From NCBI GenBank assembly GCA_963780225.1, contig CAWAAX010000026.1:13403-77402 (forward strand): a stretch of 64,000 bases of DNA, written 5' to 3'. The position numbers and the translations under genes were made by a program. Below, in pieces: positions 18,209-27,270 of this stretch (position 1 is its first letter; the number at the start of each line of letters is the position of its first letter). Source of the stretch: an uncultured bacterium. GTDB taxonomy: Bacteria; Edwardsbacteria; AC1; EtOH8. The notes under the pieces are model-generated. The model was not told the DNA's origin and searched no databases. It saw only the letters and a program-made list of their open reading frames with translations.

Positions 18209-19884
18209 CCAAACAGGAAATCCTCTCTTTACTAAAGGCCAAGCTGGGCACCGGATTCATCGCCCACACCGAGCCTATTCCCGACCAGCTGTGGGTGGAG
18301 GTCAAGCCCCAGGCCTCGGTCCAGGCCGTGGAGATACTGCACCGCACCACCAAGGCCCGCTACTTAGTGAGCGTGGGCTCGGACGAGCGGGAGCTAAAGA
18401 AGCGCTTCGGGGTCTACCACCTGTTCAGCTTTGACAAAGAACACTTCTTCGTCACCATCGACGTCTCGGCCGATCCCCACAAGCCGGTGCTGCCCTCCAT
18501 CACCAACGTCATCGCCGGGGCCAACTGGTCGGAGCGGGAGATCCGCGATCTGCTGGGCGTGCAGTTCGAGGGCCATCCCGATCCCCGGAGATTAGTTCTG
18601 GCCGATGACTGGCCGAACGAGGTCTATCCGCTGCGACGGGACTTTGACTACAGCTCCAAACCGCCCTCCAACCCGGAGAACGCCTATCCCTTCAAGGACA
18701 ACCCGCCCAACACCACGGTGGTGGCCATGGGGCCGTATTTCCCGGTCTTTGAAGAGGCCACTTACTTCCGGCTGTACGTCGAGGGCGAGAAGGTGGTGGA
18801 CGTGGACTACCGCGGATTTTACGCCCACCGGGGGATAGAAAAACTGGGCGACGCTTCGCTGACCTACAACCAGATACCCTTCATCGCCGAGCGGATCTGC
18901 GGCATCTGCGGCTTCGTCCACAACGTCTCCTTCTGCAAGCTGGTGGAGCACGCGGCCGGGATCAAGGTCCCGCGCCGGGCCGATTACATCCGGACCATCA
19001 TGCTGGAGCTGGAGCGCATCCATTCCCACGCCCTGTGGCTGGGGGTGGCCGGGCACATCATCGGCTTCGACACCGTGCTGATGCAGACCTGGCGGATGCG
19101 GGAGCCCATCATGTGGCTGTGCGAAAAACTGACCGGCAACCGCAAGACCTACGGCATGAACCTGATCGGCGGGGTGCGCCGGGATATCACCAAAGCCCAG
19201 GTGCCCGAGGTCCGCAAAAAGATCGACGCCATGGACAAGGAATGGCAGGCGGTGCTGGACGCCGTCAAGGATGATACCACATTAAGAATGAGGCTGGAGA
19301 AGGTGGGGATCCTCAACCGCGAGCAGAGCCACGAGTGGGCGGCGGTGGGCCCGGTGGCCCGGGCGGCCGACATCGACATGGACTCCCGCAAGGACCATCC
19401 CTACTGCGCCTACGACGCGGTGGACTTCAAGGTGATCACCGCCGACACCAACGATGTCTGGGGCCGGACCGTGGTCCGGATCCTGGAGACCATCGAATCG
19501 TTCAAGATCGTCCGCCAGTGTCTGGACGCTTTAATGGAACTGCCGGAGGGCGACATCATCACCGAGATCCGGGACGAGATCCCGGCCGGGCGGATAGCCA
19601 TCTCGGCTGTCGAAGCGCCCCGGGGCGAGGACGTCCACTTCCTGCTGACCGGCGGAGACAACCGGCCCTACCGCTGGCGGGTGCGGTGCCCAACATATCC
19701 CAACTTGCCCACCGTGCAGGTGATGGTCAAGGGCGAGCAGGTGGCCGACGTGCCGATCATCCTGGGCTCCATCGATCCCTGCTTCAGCTGCACCGAGCGG
19801 ATGGAGGTCTGCGACCTGTCAACAGGCAAGGTCAGGATCTACAGCCAGGAGGAACTGTTTAACTGGACCGCCAAGCGCAGTTAG
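18205..19884 (+). CDS. hyfG: [NiFe]-hydrogenase large subunit, group 4, with fused NuoC-NuoD domains (HyfG/HycE-like)
   Basis: 559 aa. The N-terminus is NuoC-like (WSEREIRDLLGVQFEGHPD). It carries the proximal Ni-binding motif RICGICGFVH and the distal motif DPCFSCTERMEV. Confidence 0.85.
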   Translation: MTKQEILSLLKAKLGTGFIAHTEPIPDQLWVEVKPQASVQAVEILHRTTKARYLVSVGSDERELKKRFGVYHLFSFDKEHFFVTIDVSADPHKPVLPSITNVIAGANWSEREIRDLLGVQFEGHPDPRRLVLADDWPNEVYPLRRDFDYSSKPPSNPENAYPFKDNPPNTTVVAMGPYFPVFEEATYFRLYVEGEKVVDVDYRGFYAHRGIEKLGDASLTYNQIPFIAERICGICGFVHNVSFCKLVEHAAGIKVPRRADYIRTIMLELERIHSHALWLGVAGHIIGFDTVLMQTWRMREPIMWLCEKLTGNRKTYGMNLIGGVRRDITKAQVPEVRKKIDAMDKEWQAVLDAVKDDTTLRMRLEKVGILNREQSHEWAAVGPVARAADIDMDSRKDHPYCAYDAVDFKVITADTNDVWGRTVVRILETIESFKIVRQCLDALMELPEGDIITEIRDEIPAGRIAISAVEAPRGEDVHFLLTGGDNRPYRWRVRCPTYPNLPTVQVMVKGEQVADVPIILGSIDPCFSCTERMEVCDLSTGKVRIYSQEELFNWTAKRS

Positions 19885-19942
19885 AAACGGTTTGAAACTG
19901 TTGGAAATGGTTTGAAATGTTTACAATTTACGAAGGGGTGGA

Positions 19943-20329
19943 GTGATGACGATAAAGAATTTTGAAGATCTAAAAATATGGCAAGTAGCCAAACAGTTAA
20001 CAAAACAGGTTTATTCGGCAGTCAACTTACAGAAATATAACCGGGATTATTCACTGGTTGACCAGACAAGGCGGGCATCGGTTTCAATCATGGCCAATAT
20101 CGCTGAAGGTTTTGAAAGGGAGAACAACAAGGAGTTCATTCAATACTTGTATATTGCCAAAGGATCTTGCGGGGAGTTGAGGAGCCATTTGTGGATCGCT
20201 CAGGAATTGATGTTTCTGACCGAGGTTGAAGGTAAAACTTTAAGAGAAGAAGCTGCCGGGCTATCAATCATGATTGCAAAGTTGATAATGTACCTAAAAA
20301 CCTCGCCCATTAAGGGATTCAAACAGTAA
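19943..20329 (+). CDS. Four-helix-bundle protein (23S rRNA intervening-sequence protein / Avd-like family), copy 1
   Basis: 128 aa with ..RDYSLVDQTRRASVSIMANIAEGFER..EFIQYLYIAKGSCGELRSHL... About 40% GC. It lies in the spacer between hyfG and the NuoH-like gene. Confidence 0.85.
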   Translation: MMTIKNFEDLKIWQVAKQLTKQVYSAVNLQKYNRDYSLVDQTRRASVSIMANIAEGFERENNKEFIQYLYIAKGSCGELRSHLWIAQELMFLTEVEGKTLREEAAGLSIMIAKLIMYLKTSPIKGFKQ

Positions 20330-20339
20330 GGGTGGTTTA

Positions 20340-21230
20340 ATGATCAGAATAGCAATAATGATATTTGTCCTATTGTTCGTCTCGCCGCTGCTGGAAGGCA
20401 TCCTGCGCAAGTTCAAGGCGCTGGTGCACTCCCGGATCGGGCCGCCGCTGCTGCAGCCGTACTGGGACATCCTTAAGCTTTTGGGCAAGGACGACGTTCG
20501 TTCGCCCCACGCTTTCCTGGGGCCGCTGCCGGCCTTTTTGGGCCTGGCCGCCATTCTGGCCGCCGGCCTGCTGGTGCCGCTGGGAAACAGCGCGCCCTTC
20601 GCCAGCGGAGATCTCTTCCTGTTCCTCTACCTGATCAGCTTCGCCTCGGTCTGCGTGATGCTGGCCGGCATGGACTCCGGCTCGCCCTACGGCTTTTTGG
20701 GCACCGCCCGGGAGATGATGACCTCGTTCGTGGTGGAACCGGTGCTGTTCATCGCCCTGATCACCGTGGCCATCAAGACCCGCAACTTCCGCTTCTCCGA
20801 CATGGCGGCCTACCAGCAGATCTCCGGAACCTCGCTTTCCACCATAATTTCAGGGCTGGCGCTGTTCCTGGGGATCCAGGCCCAGCTTTCCAAACTGCCA
20901 TTCGACATCCCCGAGGCCGAGGGAGAGTTGATGGGCGGCACCTTCGCCGAGATGTCCGGCCCGACCTTCGCCCTGTACCGCTGGGGCTTCATCGCCAAGC
21001 AGGTGATATTCTCCATGATCCTGGCCCAGTTGTTCTTCCCCTGGCCTTTGGGCTTGGTTGGCCTGTGGGCGGTGGTAGCCCAGATAGCCAAAGTGATCCT
21101 GATCGTGGTGCTGGTGGGGCTGATCGACGTGGTCAACCCCCGGCTGAGGATCGATCAGGCTATCGTCTACTATTTTGGGGTGATATTGATGGCTATCGTG
21201 GGGTTGGTCTTCGCACTGGTGGGAGCCTGA
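20340..21230 (+). CDS. NuoH/HyfC/HycD-like membrane subunit
   Basis: 296 aa and polytopic (E. coli HyfC is 315 aa). Its position and hydrophobicity fit a NuoH-type subunit. Confidence 0.75.
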   Translation: MIRIAIMIFVLLFVSPLLEGILRKFKALVHSRIGPPLLQPYWDILKLLGKDDVRSPHAFLGPLPAFLGLAAILAAGLLVPLGNSAPFASGDLFLFLYLISFASVCVMLAGMDSGSPYGFLGTAREMMTSFVVEPVLFIALITVAIKTRNFRFSDMAAYQQISGTSLSTIISGLALFLGIQAQLSKLPFDIPEAEGELMGGTFAEMSGPTFALYRWGFIAKQVIFSMILAQLFFPWPLGLVGLWAVVAQIAKVILIVVLVGLIDVVNPRLRIDQAIVYYFGVILMAIVGLVFALVGA

Positions 21231-21242
21231 TATTAAACAGAT

Positions 21243-21715
21243 AGTTTACAATTTACAGTTTAAAAGTTTGTTTGAATAACGCAAGGAGGTTTGTATGGGT
21301 ACGTTCAGAAAGTTTGAGGACATTACCGCTTGGCAAAAAGCGCGCGAGTTGACAAAGTTGGTTTACGAAATCACTAAGGACGGAAGTTTTTCAAAGGATT
21401 TTGGCCTGCGAGATCAAATAAGAAGAGCCGCTGTTTCTATGATGTCCAACATTGCAGAAGGGTTTGACAGGGGCGGCAGAAAAGAATTTATTCAGTTTTT
21501 ATCAATAGCCAAAGGCTCCACTGGCGAGGTCAAAAGCCAATTGTATATCGCATTGGACCAAAATTACATTACCAAAGATTTATTCGATAAAACATTTTCC
21601 TTGGCAGAGGAAGTCAATCGTTTGATCTTTAGTTTGATAAAGTACCTGGGAAATACTGAAATTAAGGGAATAAAATATAAAGTTAACTGATTACAATAAC
21701 TGTAAATTGTAAACA
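21243..21715. mobile_element. Four-helix-bundle gene cassette (copy 2), flanked by inverted repeats
   Basis: AGTTTACAATTTACAG at 21243-21258 and its inverse CTGTAAATTGTAAAC at 21701-21715 bracket the 4HB ORF. A related GTTTACAATTTACG lies upstream of copy 1 at 19921. Confidence 0.4.
21295..21690 (+). CDS. Four-helix-bundle protein (23S rRNA IVS/Avd-like), copy 2
   Basis: 131 aa with ..KDFGLRDQIRRAAVSMMSNIAEGFDR..EFIQFLSIAKGSTGEVKSQL.., a paralogue of copy 1. Confidence 0.85.
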   Translation: MGTFRKFEDITAWQKARELTKLVYEITKDGSFSKDFGLRDQIRRAAVSMMSNIAEGFDRGGRKEFIQFLSIAKGSTGEVKSQLYIALDQNYITKDLFDKTFSLAEEVNRLIFSLIKYLGNTEIKGIKYKVN

Positions 21716-21733
21716 ATACAACTGTAAACCGAT

Positions 21734-22201
21734 ATGATACTATCAAAGATAAAAGAAGCCATCATCTGCTTCAAGAACCTGAGGGTCACCTTTCCCTATC
21801 CCCTGAAGCGGAACATCGAGGCCCTGCCGGTGGAGGGATTCCGGGGCAAGCTGACCATTGACGTGTCCAAGTGCATTGGCTGCGCCGGCTGCGCCAACGT
21901 CTGCCCCTCGCGGCTGATCATCGTCACCGACAAGAAGGCGGTGCGCCGGCTGGACTTTTACCTGGAGCGCTGCACCTACTGCGGGCGCTGCGCCGACGTC
22001 TGCCCGGAGAAGGCCATTACCATGACCCAGGAGTTCGAGACCGCGACCAACGACGTCCACAACGACATGCACATCAGCGCCGAGGTCTACATGGGAACCT
22101 GCCAGCGCTGCGGAAGATGCTTCGAAACCCAGACCATTCTGGACAAGATGATGACCGTGGGGTTCAGGAATGGCGGGCAGGGAGAGGTGCTTAACGATTG
22201 A
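21734..22201 (+). CDS. 2x[4Fe-4S] ferredoxin-type subunit (NuoI/HyfH/HycF-like)
   Basis: CIGCAGCANVCP and CTYCGRCADVCP motifs. 155 aa. Confidence 0.8.
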   Translation: MILSKIKEAIICFKNLRVTFPYPLKRNIEALPVEGFRGKLTIDVSKCIGCAGCANVCPSRLIIVTDKKAVRRLDFYLERCTYCGRCADVCPEKAITMTQEFETATNDVHNDMHISAEVYMGTCQRCGRCFETQTILDKMMTVGFRNGGQGEVLND

Positions 22202-22360
22202 GGAGCTCGAAATAGGGCAAGGCGATGATGGAACTGCTGGGCAAGAGAGCGATACTATACGATAGAGGAGGCCGAAACAGGGGCAAGGCGATGATGGAGT
22301 TGTCAGACAAGTATGCGACAATATACGATGGGGTAAGTACGAAATAGGGCTGGACAAGGT
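22199..22360. repeat. About 2.5 tandem copies of a ~66-bp unit
   Basis: GAGGAGCTCGAAATAGGGCAAGGCGATGATGGAACTG...ATACGATA is followed by GAGGAGGCCGAAACAGGGGCAAGGCGATGATGGAGTTG...ATACGATG and a partial third copy. Confidence 0.55.
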
Positions 22361-22387
22361 TTAAAACGATGAAAACAATAAGATGAG

Positions 22388-22750
22388 GTGAGTATGGAAT
22401 TGAAATTCGAGAAACTGGAAGTATGGCGGATATCGCTGGAATGCATAGATAAGGTCTATGCGCTTTTGGAAAAATATCCCCGGTCCGAAGAATATATCCT
22501 AAAACAGCAAGGCAAGCGCTCCATAACCTCGGTCTCTCTGAACATTGCCGAAGGCAGCTGCAAGCACACCCAAAGGGAATTTGCCTATTTTGTAAATATT
22601 TCCATAGGCTCCCTGGTGGAAACCCTGGCCAATCTGAAAATAGGTCTGCAAAGAAAATACATCACTGACGCAGACTTTAAAGGCATTGAGCCCTTGCTGG
22701 ATAAAATGTATTTCAAGCTGATGGCTCTGGAAAAGGCCCTGCGGAAATAG
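22388..22750 (+). CDS. Four-helix-bundle protein (23S rRNA IVS/Avd-like), copy 3 (more diverged)
   Basis: 120 aa with ..KRSITSVSLNIAEGSCKHTQREFAYFVNISIGSLVETLANL... Low GC. Confidence 0.8.
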   Translation: MSMELKFEKLEVWRISLECIDKVYALLEKYPRSEEYILKQQGKRSITSVSLNIAEGSCKHTQREFAYFVNISIGSLVETLANLKIGLQRKYITDADFKGIEPLLDKMYFKLMALEKALRK

Positions 22751-22970
22751 TTTCCAAACTATCGGTGCGCCGCTTTTATCATTGCATCTCCAACGTTAAT
22801 CATTGCCGAACATTCATGACGGGCTTCTCAAACGTGAAAACGTTGCCGGGCTTAAATGGCTGGCATCTCAAACACCGCGCGGCGTTTAGTAAGGGCATCT
22901 CAATCGTTGCATTGCTTTTAGTTTTGCTTCTCAAACATCAAACCCAATTTATTAGCTTATAGGTCAAAGT

Positions 22971-23633
22971 ATGGGTGATCTAATCACAACCTTAATGGTC
23001 TGCCACTTCATAGCCTCGGTGGGCGCGGCCGAGATCAGGAACCTCAAGACCTCCACCATATTCCTGATGCTGCAGTCCCTGCTGTTGGCCCTGATCATTG
23101 CGGCCTTTGCCGGGCGCAGCCAGAACTACTCGCTTTACTGGTGGGTGGCTTTGACCGTGGCCACCAAGGTCATCATCATCCCCTGGCTGCTGTGGGTCCA
23201 CATCAAGAAGACCCAGGTGATGGAGATCAAGCCCCTGGTCAGCTTCGTGGTCTCGTTCATAGTGCTGGCCATCTTCCTGGTGGCCTTCTACCAGATGATC
23301 CACACCTACGCCAACTTCGTGGCCCCCACCGCGGCGGCGGCGGCGGAACCGGCCCGTTCGGCCCTGGCCCTTTCCTTCACCATCTTTGTGCTGGGGCTTT
23401 ACGTGCTGGTGATCCACCGGGACGCGGTCAAGATAATCATCGGCCTGCACCTGATAGAGAACGGCGTGCACCTGGCCCTGGTGACCCTGGTTCCCCAGCT
23501 GCCGGTGACCACCATCCTGGGCATCGTCTCCAACGTGGTGGTGGCCGCGGTGATGCTGCTGTTTTTAACCGACAGCATCTACAAGGCCTTCGGATCTTCC
23601 GATACCTTAAAACTCTCCAGCCTGAAGGGCTGA
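22971..23633 (+). CDS. HyfE-like (hydrogenase-4 component E) / NuoK-like membrane subunit
   Basis: 220 aa with six TM helices (E. coli HyfE is 216 aa). Assigned by context within the Hyf cluster. Confidence 0.55.
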   Translation: MGDLITTLMVCHFIASVGAAEIRNLKTSTIFLMLQSLLLALIIAAFAGRSQNYSLYWWVALTVATKVIIIPWLLWVHIKKTQVMEIKPLVSFVVSFIVLAIFLVAFYQMIHTYANFVAPTAAAAAEPARSALALSFTIFVLGLYVLVIHRDAVKIIIGLHLIENGVHLALVTLVPQLPVTTILGIVSNVVVAAVMLLFLTDSIYKAFGSSDTLKLSSLKG

Positions 23634-23701
23634 TGCTGTTCCTGCCGTATAGACCGGCCCGAGTCAGTAAAAACGTTTAACGTTTGAAAGGAACCAGGTA
23701 A

Positions 23702-24178
23702 ATGATAGATAAAAACATCCTTAAAAGCATCTCGCTGTTTTCCGATTTTTCGGACAAGGAGATCGGGAAAATTGCAGCCCTTTTTTCCGAGCGGTCCTTC
23801 AAGGAAAACGAGGTGCTGATACCGGAGCAGTCCGAGAACCGGGAGCTGATGATACTCTTGGAGGGCAGCGTGGCGGTGGAGGTGGGATTGAGCCTTTCGG
23901 CCAGCGCCGAAAAACTGATGCTGACCTCGGAGGACAATCCCGGGCGGATCATCGAATGGTCCTCGGCCATCGACACCACCAAAAGCGGCGGCACCGCCTC
24001 GGCCCGGGCCTTAAAGCCCACCAAAGTGCTGGTGGCCGACGGGCAGGCTTTGGTCAGCCTTTTTAAATCCGAGAAGGAACTGGGTTACAAAATGATGCAC
24101 AAGATCCTGCTGGTGATAGCCTCCCGGCTGAAGGACACCCGGCTGCAGCTGATCAGCATGGCGGCGCAGTGTCGGTAA
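23702..24178 (+). CDS. Stand-alone cyclic-nucleotide-binding (CAP effector-like) domain protein
   Basis: 158 aa with ..LFSDFSDKEIGKIAALFSERSFKENEVLIPEQSENRELMILLEGSVAV.., as expected for a cNMP-binding beta-roll. No HTH. Confidence 0.6.
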   Translation: MIDKNILKSISLFSDFSDKEIGKIAALFSERSFKENEVLIPEQSENRELMILLEGSVAVEVGLSLSASAEKLMLTSEDNPGRIIEWSSAIDTTKSGGTASARALKPTKVLVADGQALVSLFKSEKELGYKMMHKILLVIASRLKDTRLQLISMAAQCR

Positions 24179-24370
24179 CTGCGCACAGTCAGATTGCTTC
24201 ACTTCAACCGCAAAGCATGGGGCAATTCTCAGTGCAGGCGTCTGTAATGCAAGGGGTGCAGATCCCTTCGTCTGCAAAACATGGGGTACTTCTCGGGACA
24301 AGCCTCGCAATGACGGGGCAATGATAATAGTTTTGAAAACAGTACAAAAGCAATAAAATAGAGATATCAT

Positions 24371-25897
24371 ATGGTCGTTACTATCAATCCCACCGCGGTC
24401 TCGATCCTGCCGTTCCTGGTGTTCATGGTTCCCCTGTTCTTCGGGGGCCTGATCTTCGCCCTGGGCCGGTACGGCAAGTTCTTCCGGCAGGGTTTGGCCC
24501 TGATCGGGATCTTCGCCACCCTGGCCATCTCGGTGATGATGACCGGCCGGGTGCTGGGCGGCGAGGTGCTGACCTGGTGGAACAACAATTTCTACATCGA
24601 CGGCCTGGCCACCCTGATGGAACTGGCGGCCAGCGGGCTGGGGGCCATCGTGGTGGTCTACTCCATCTACTATTTCTCGGAGAAGACCGAGGCCGCCGAG
24701 GCCCACCCCTACACCAGCATGACCAGCTATTACGGGCAGATCATGGTCTTTTTGGGGCTGATGAACTGGACCTGCGCCACCAACAACATCATCATGATGT
24801 ACGTCTCGCTGGAGTTCACCACCCTGGCCACGGTGTTCCTGGTGACCTTTCACTGGAACAAACAGGCCTTGGAGGCCGGTTACAAGTATCTTCTCCTGGT
24901 CACGGTGGGCGTGATCTTCGCCCTGCTGGGCTCGGTCCTGCTCTACGCTGCGGCCATTCCCTACCTGCCGGTGTCAAGGGTCCTGCTTTTGACCGAGCTG
25001 GGGACCATTGCCACCAAGATACCAACTAACATCGTGCTTTTGGCCTCGGCCTTCCTGGTGGTCGGCTTCGGCACCAAAGCCGGGCTGGTGCCCTTCCACG
25101 CCTGGCTGCCGGACGCCCACGCCGAGGCCCCGGCCCCGGTAAGCGCTCTGCTTTCCGGCATCGTCATCAAAGTGGGGGCCTACGCCCTGGCCCGCACCAT
25201 CTCGGTCTTTGCCCCGCACTACGGCACCATCCCGCTGTTCATCGCCATTCTCTGCTCCATCTCCATGATCGTGGGAATGATGATGGCCATGATCCAGGAC
25301 GACCTGAAGCGGATGCTGGCCTACTCGTCAGTCGCTCAGATCGCCTACGTCATCGAGGGCCTGGGAATGGGAACCTACCTGGGTATCTACGGCGGCCTGA
25401 TGCACCTGCTGAACCATTCCATCGTCAAGGGCCTGCTGTTCCTGGCGGTGGGGGCGCTGATCTACGCCACCGGCAAGCGCAAGGTGTCCGAGTTGTCAAA
25501 GATCAAATTGAACATGCCCATCACCGCCTTCGCCTTTTTCGTGGGCATCTTCGCCCTGTCCGGGATGCCGCCCTTCAACGGCTTCGTCTCAAAATTCACC
25601 CTGTTCCTGGCGGTGGGACAGGCCAATCTTTTGTGGGCGGCTATCATCGGCATCATCACCTCGCTGTTCACTTTGGTCTGCTTCTTCAGGGCCGGGTACA
25701 AAATATTCTGGTCGCCCAAGGAAGTGCATGCTGTCGGCGCCGAAGCCACCACCGCCACCGAGGTCCCGGCCGGGATGTGGGTGGGCATGGTGATACTGGC
25801 CGTGGCGGCCATAGTGCTGGGGGTGTTCCCCCAGATAGTGCACCCGCTGTTGGACAGTGCCACCAAGTGCATTTTGAGGATCCTGATCGGAGGGTAA
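24371..25897 (+). CDS. NuoN/MrpD/HyfF-like antiporter-type membrane subunit
   Basis: 508 aa with FHAWLPDAHAEAPAPVSALLSGIVIKVGAYA. Confidence 0.8.
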   Translation: MVVTINPTAVSILPFLVFMVPLFFGGLIFALGRYGKFFRQGLALIGIFATLAISVMMTGRVLGGEVLTWWNNNFYIDGLATLMELAASGLGAIVVVYSIYYFSEKTEAAEAHPYTSMTSYYGQIMVFLGLMNWTCATNNIIMMYVSLEFTTLATVFLVTFHWNKQALEAGYKYLLLVTVGVIFALLGSVLLYAAAIPYLPVSRVLLLTELGTIATKIPTNIVLLASAFLVVGFGTKAGLVPFHAWLPDAHAEAPAPVSALLSGIVIKVGAYALARTISVFAPHYGTIPLFIAILCSISMIVGMMMAMIQDDLKRMLAYSSVAQIAYVIEGLGMGTYLGIYGGLMHLLNHSIVKGLLFLAVGALIYATGKRKVSELSKIKLNMPITAFAFFVGIFALSGMPPFNGFVSKFTLFLAVGQANLLWAAIIGIITSLFTLVCFFRAGYKIFWSPKEVHAVGAEATTATEVPAGMWVGMVILAVAAIVLGVFPQIVHPLLDSATKCILRILIGG

Positions 25898-26015
25898 CTA
25901 CGGCAAGGTGGACCCCTCCCTTGATCCCTCCCCGAAACGGAGAGGGAAAAGGTGTGAAATGGCCCGGTAGCACGAAATAAATCCAAATAAAACCAATATA
26001 CAATGGACAGATGAT

Positions 26016-27176
26016 ATGAAGAAGATAACGGCAATTCTCTTAATGGCAGGTGCCCTGGCAACCATGGTGTTCTCGGGCTGCGGGCCGGGCGGCCAGCAGA
26101 TCAAGATCGGGGTGGCCGGGCCGCTGACCGGCGAGCAGGGCAAGGCCGGCCAGGACCTGCTGCACGGGGTGCAGCTGGCGGTCTCCGAGTGCAATGCCCG
26201 GGGCGGGGTGCTGGGCAAGCGGGTGGTGATCATCGCCGGGGACGACCGGGCCGATGAAAAGGAGGCCAATGCCATAGCCCAGCGACTGTGCGACCAGGGG
26301 GTGGCCGGAGTGGTGGGGCACTACAACAGCCACTGCTCCATCGCCGGCAGCCGGATCTACAACCAGAGGATGATCCCCCAGATCACGCCTTCGTCCACCA
26401 ACCCCAGGTTCACCCAGCAGGGGTTTGACAACGTGTTCCGGACCTGCGGCCGCGACGACCAGCAGGGCAGGATAGCCGCCGACTACGCCTTCAACGTCAT
26501 GAAGGTCAAGAAAGTGGCCATCTTCTCCGACGGCACCACCTATGGGCTGGGGCTGGCCGAAGAGTTCAAAAAATCAATTCTCCTTTACAACAAACCCAAG
26601 GCGGTGGAAGTGACCATAGTGGCCGACGCCCAGATCCAGATGATCACCGAAGGCAAGGCCCCGGACTACGGCCCGCTGCTGGATCCCTTGATCAGCTACC
26701 AGCCCGACCTTATCTATTTCGGCGGCAGTTACCCCGAAGGGGCCATGCTGATCCGGCAGATCAAGGAACGCCGGCTGGCGGCGGCCTTCATGTCCGGCGA
26801 CGCCATCGCCAATTCGGAGCTGATCAAGCGGGGCGGAGTGGCCACCGAGGGAATATACTTCACCTTCGGCCCGGCGGTGGAGGACATGCCCCAGGCCGGC
26901 AGGTTCTACGATTCCTTCAAGGCCCGCTACGGCGAGCTGGGGCCCTACTCGGTCTACGCCTACGATGCGGCCACCGTGCTGCTGAAGAGCATAGAACTGG
27001 CCGGGACCACTAGCGGGGATTCCCTGGTCAAGGTGATTCATTCCGCCAAGTTCGCCGGAGCCATGGGCGAGCTGGAGTTTGACGGGAACGGGGACATCAA
27101 GGCCGCACCCTACGTGCTGTGGACGGTGAAGGGCGGGGAGTTCAAACCGGTCAAGGCGGAGACCCCGTTACAATAG
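26016..27176 (+). CDS. Periplasmic substrate-binding protein, branched-chain amino acid ABC transporter (LivJ/LivK-like, type I PBP); a lipoprotein
   Basis: Signal peptide with Cys (MVFSGCGPG). GVAGPLTGEQGKAGQDLLHGVQLAVSECNARGGVLGKRVVIIAGDD is typical of type I PBPs. Confidence 0.75.
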   Translation: MKKITAILLMAGALATMVFSGCGPGGQQIKIGVAGPLTGEQGKAGQDLLHGVQLAVSECNARGGVLGKRVVIIAGDDRADEKEANAIAQRLCDQGVAGVVGHYNSHCSIAGSRIYNQRMIPQITPSSTNPRFTQQGFDNVFRTCGRDDQQGRIAADYAFNVMKVKKVAIFSDGTTYGLGLAEEFKKSILLYNKPKAVEVTIVADAQIQMITEGKAPDYGPLLDPLISYQPDLIYFGGSYPEGAMLIRQIKERRLAAAFMSGDAIANSELIKRGGVATEGIYFTFGPAVEDMPQAGRFYDSFKARYGELGPYSVYAYDAATVLLKSIELAGTTSGDSLVKVIHSAKFAGAMGELEFDGNGDIKAAPYVLWTVKGGEFKPVKAETPLQ

Positions 27177-27238
27177 CCACAAAGACACAAAAGCACCAAG
27201 GGTTAATTAATTTGTGTCTTGGTGTCTTAGTGGCAAAC
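27176..27238. promoter_or_regulatory. Second copy of the GCCACAAAGACAC...GTGTCTTAGTGGC palindrome, upstream of the NuoB-like gene
   Basis: GCCACAAAGACACAAAAGCACCAAGGGttaattaaTTTGTGTCTTGGTGTCTTAGTGGC. Confidence 0.4.
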
Positions 27239-27270
27239 TATTTTGATATTATAAGATTAAGAGTAAAAAG

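Noticed and set aside
19943-22750. Diversity-generating retroelement: the four-helix-bundle proteins are Avd homologues
   Set aside because: No reverse-transcriptase ORF and no template/variable repeat pair with A-to-N differences is visible in the 64 kb. The 23S-IVS-like selfish ORF interpretation fits better
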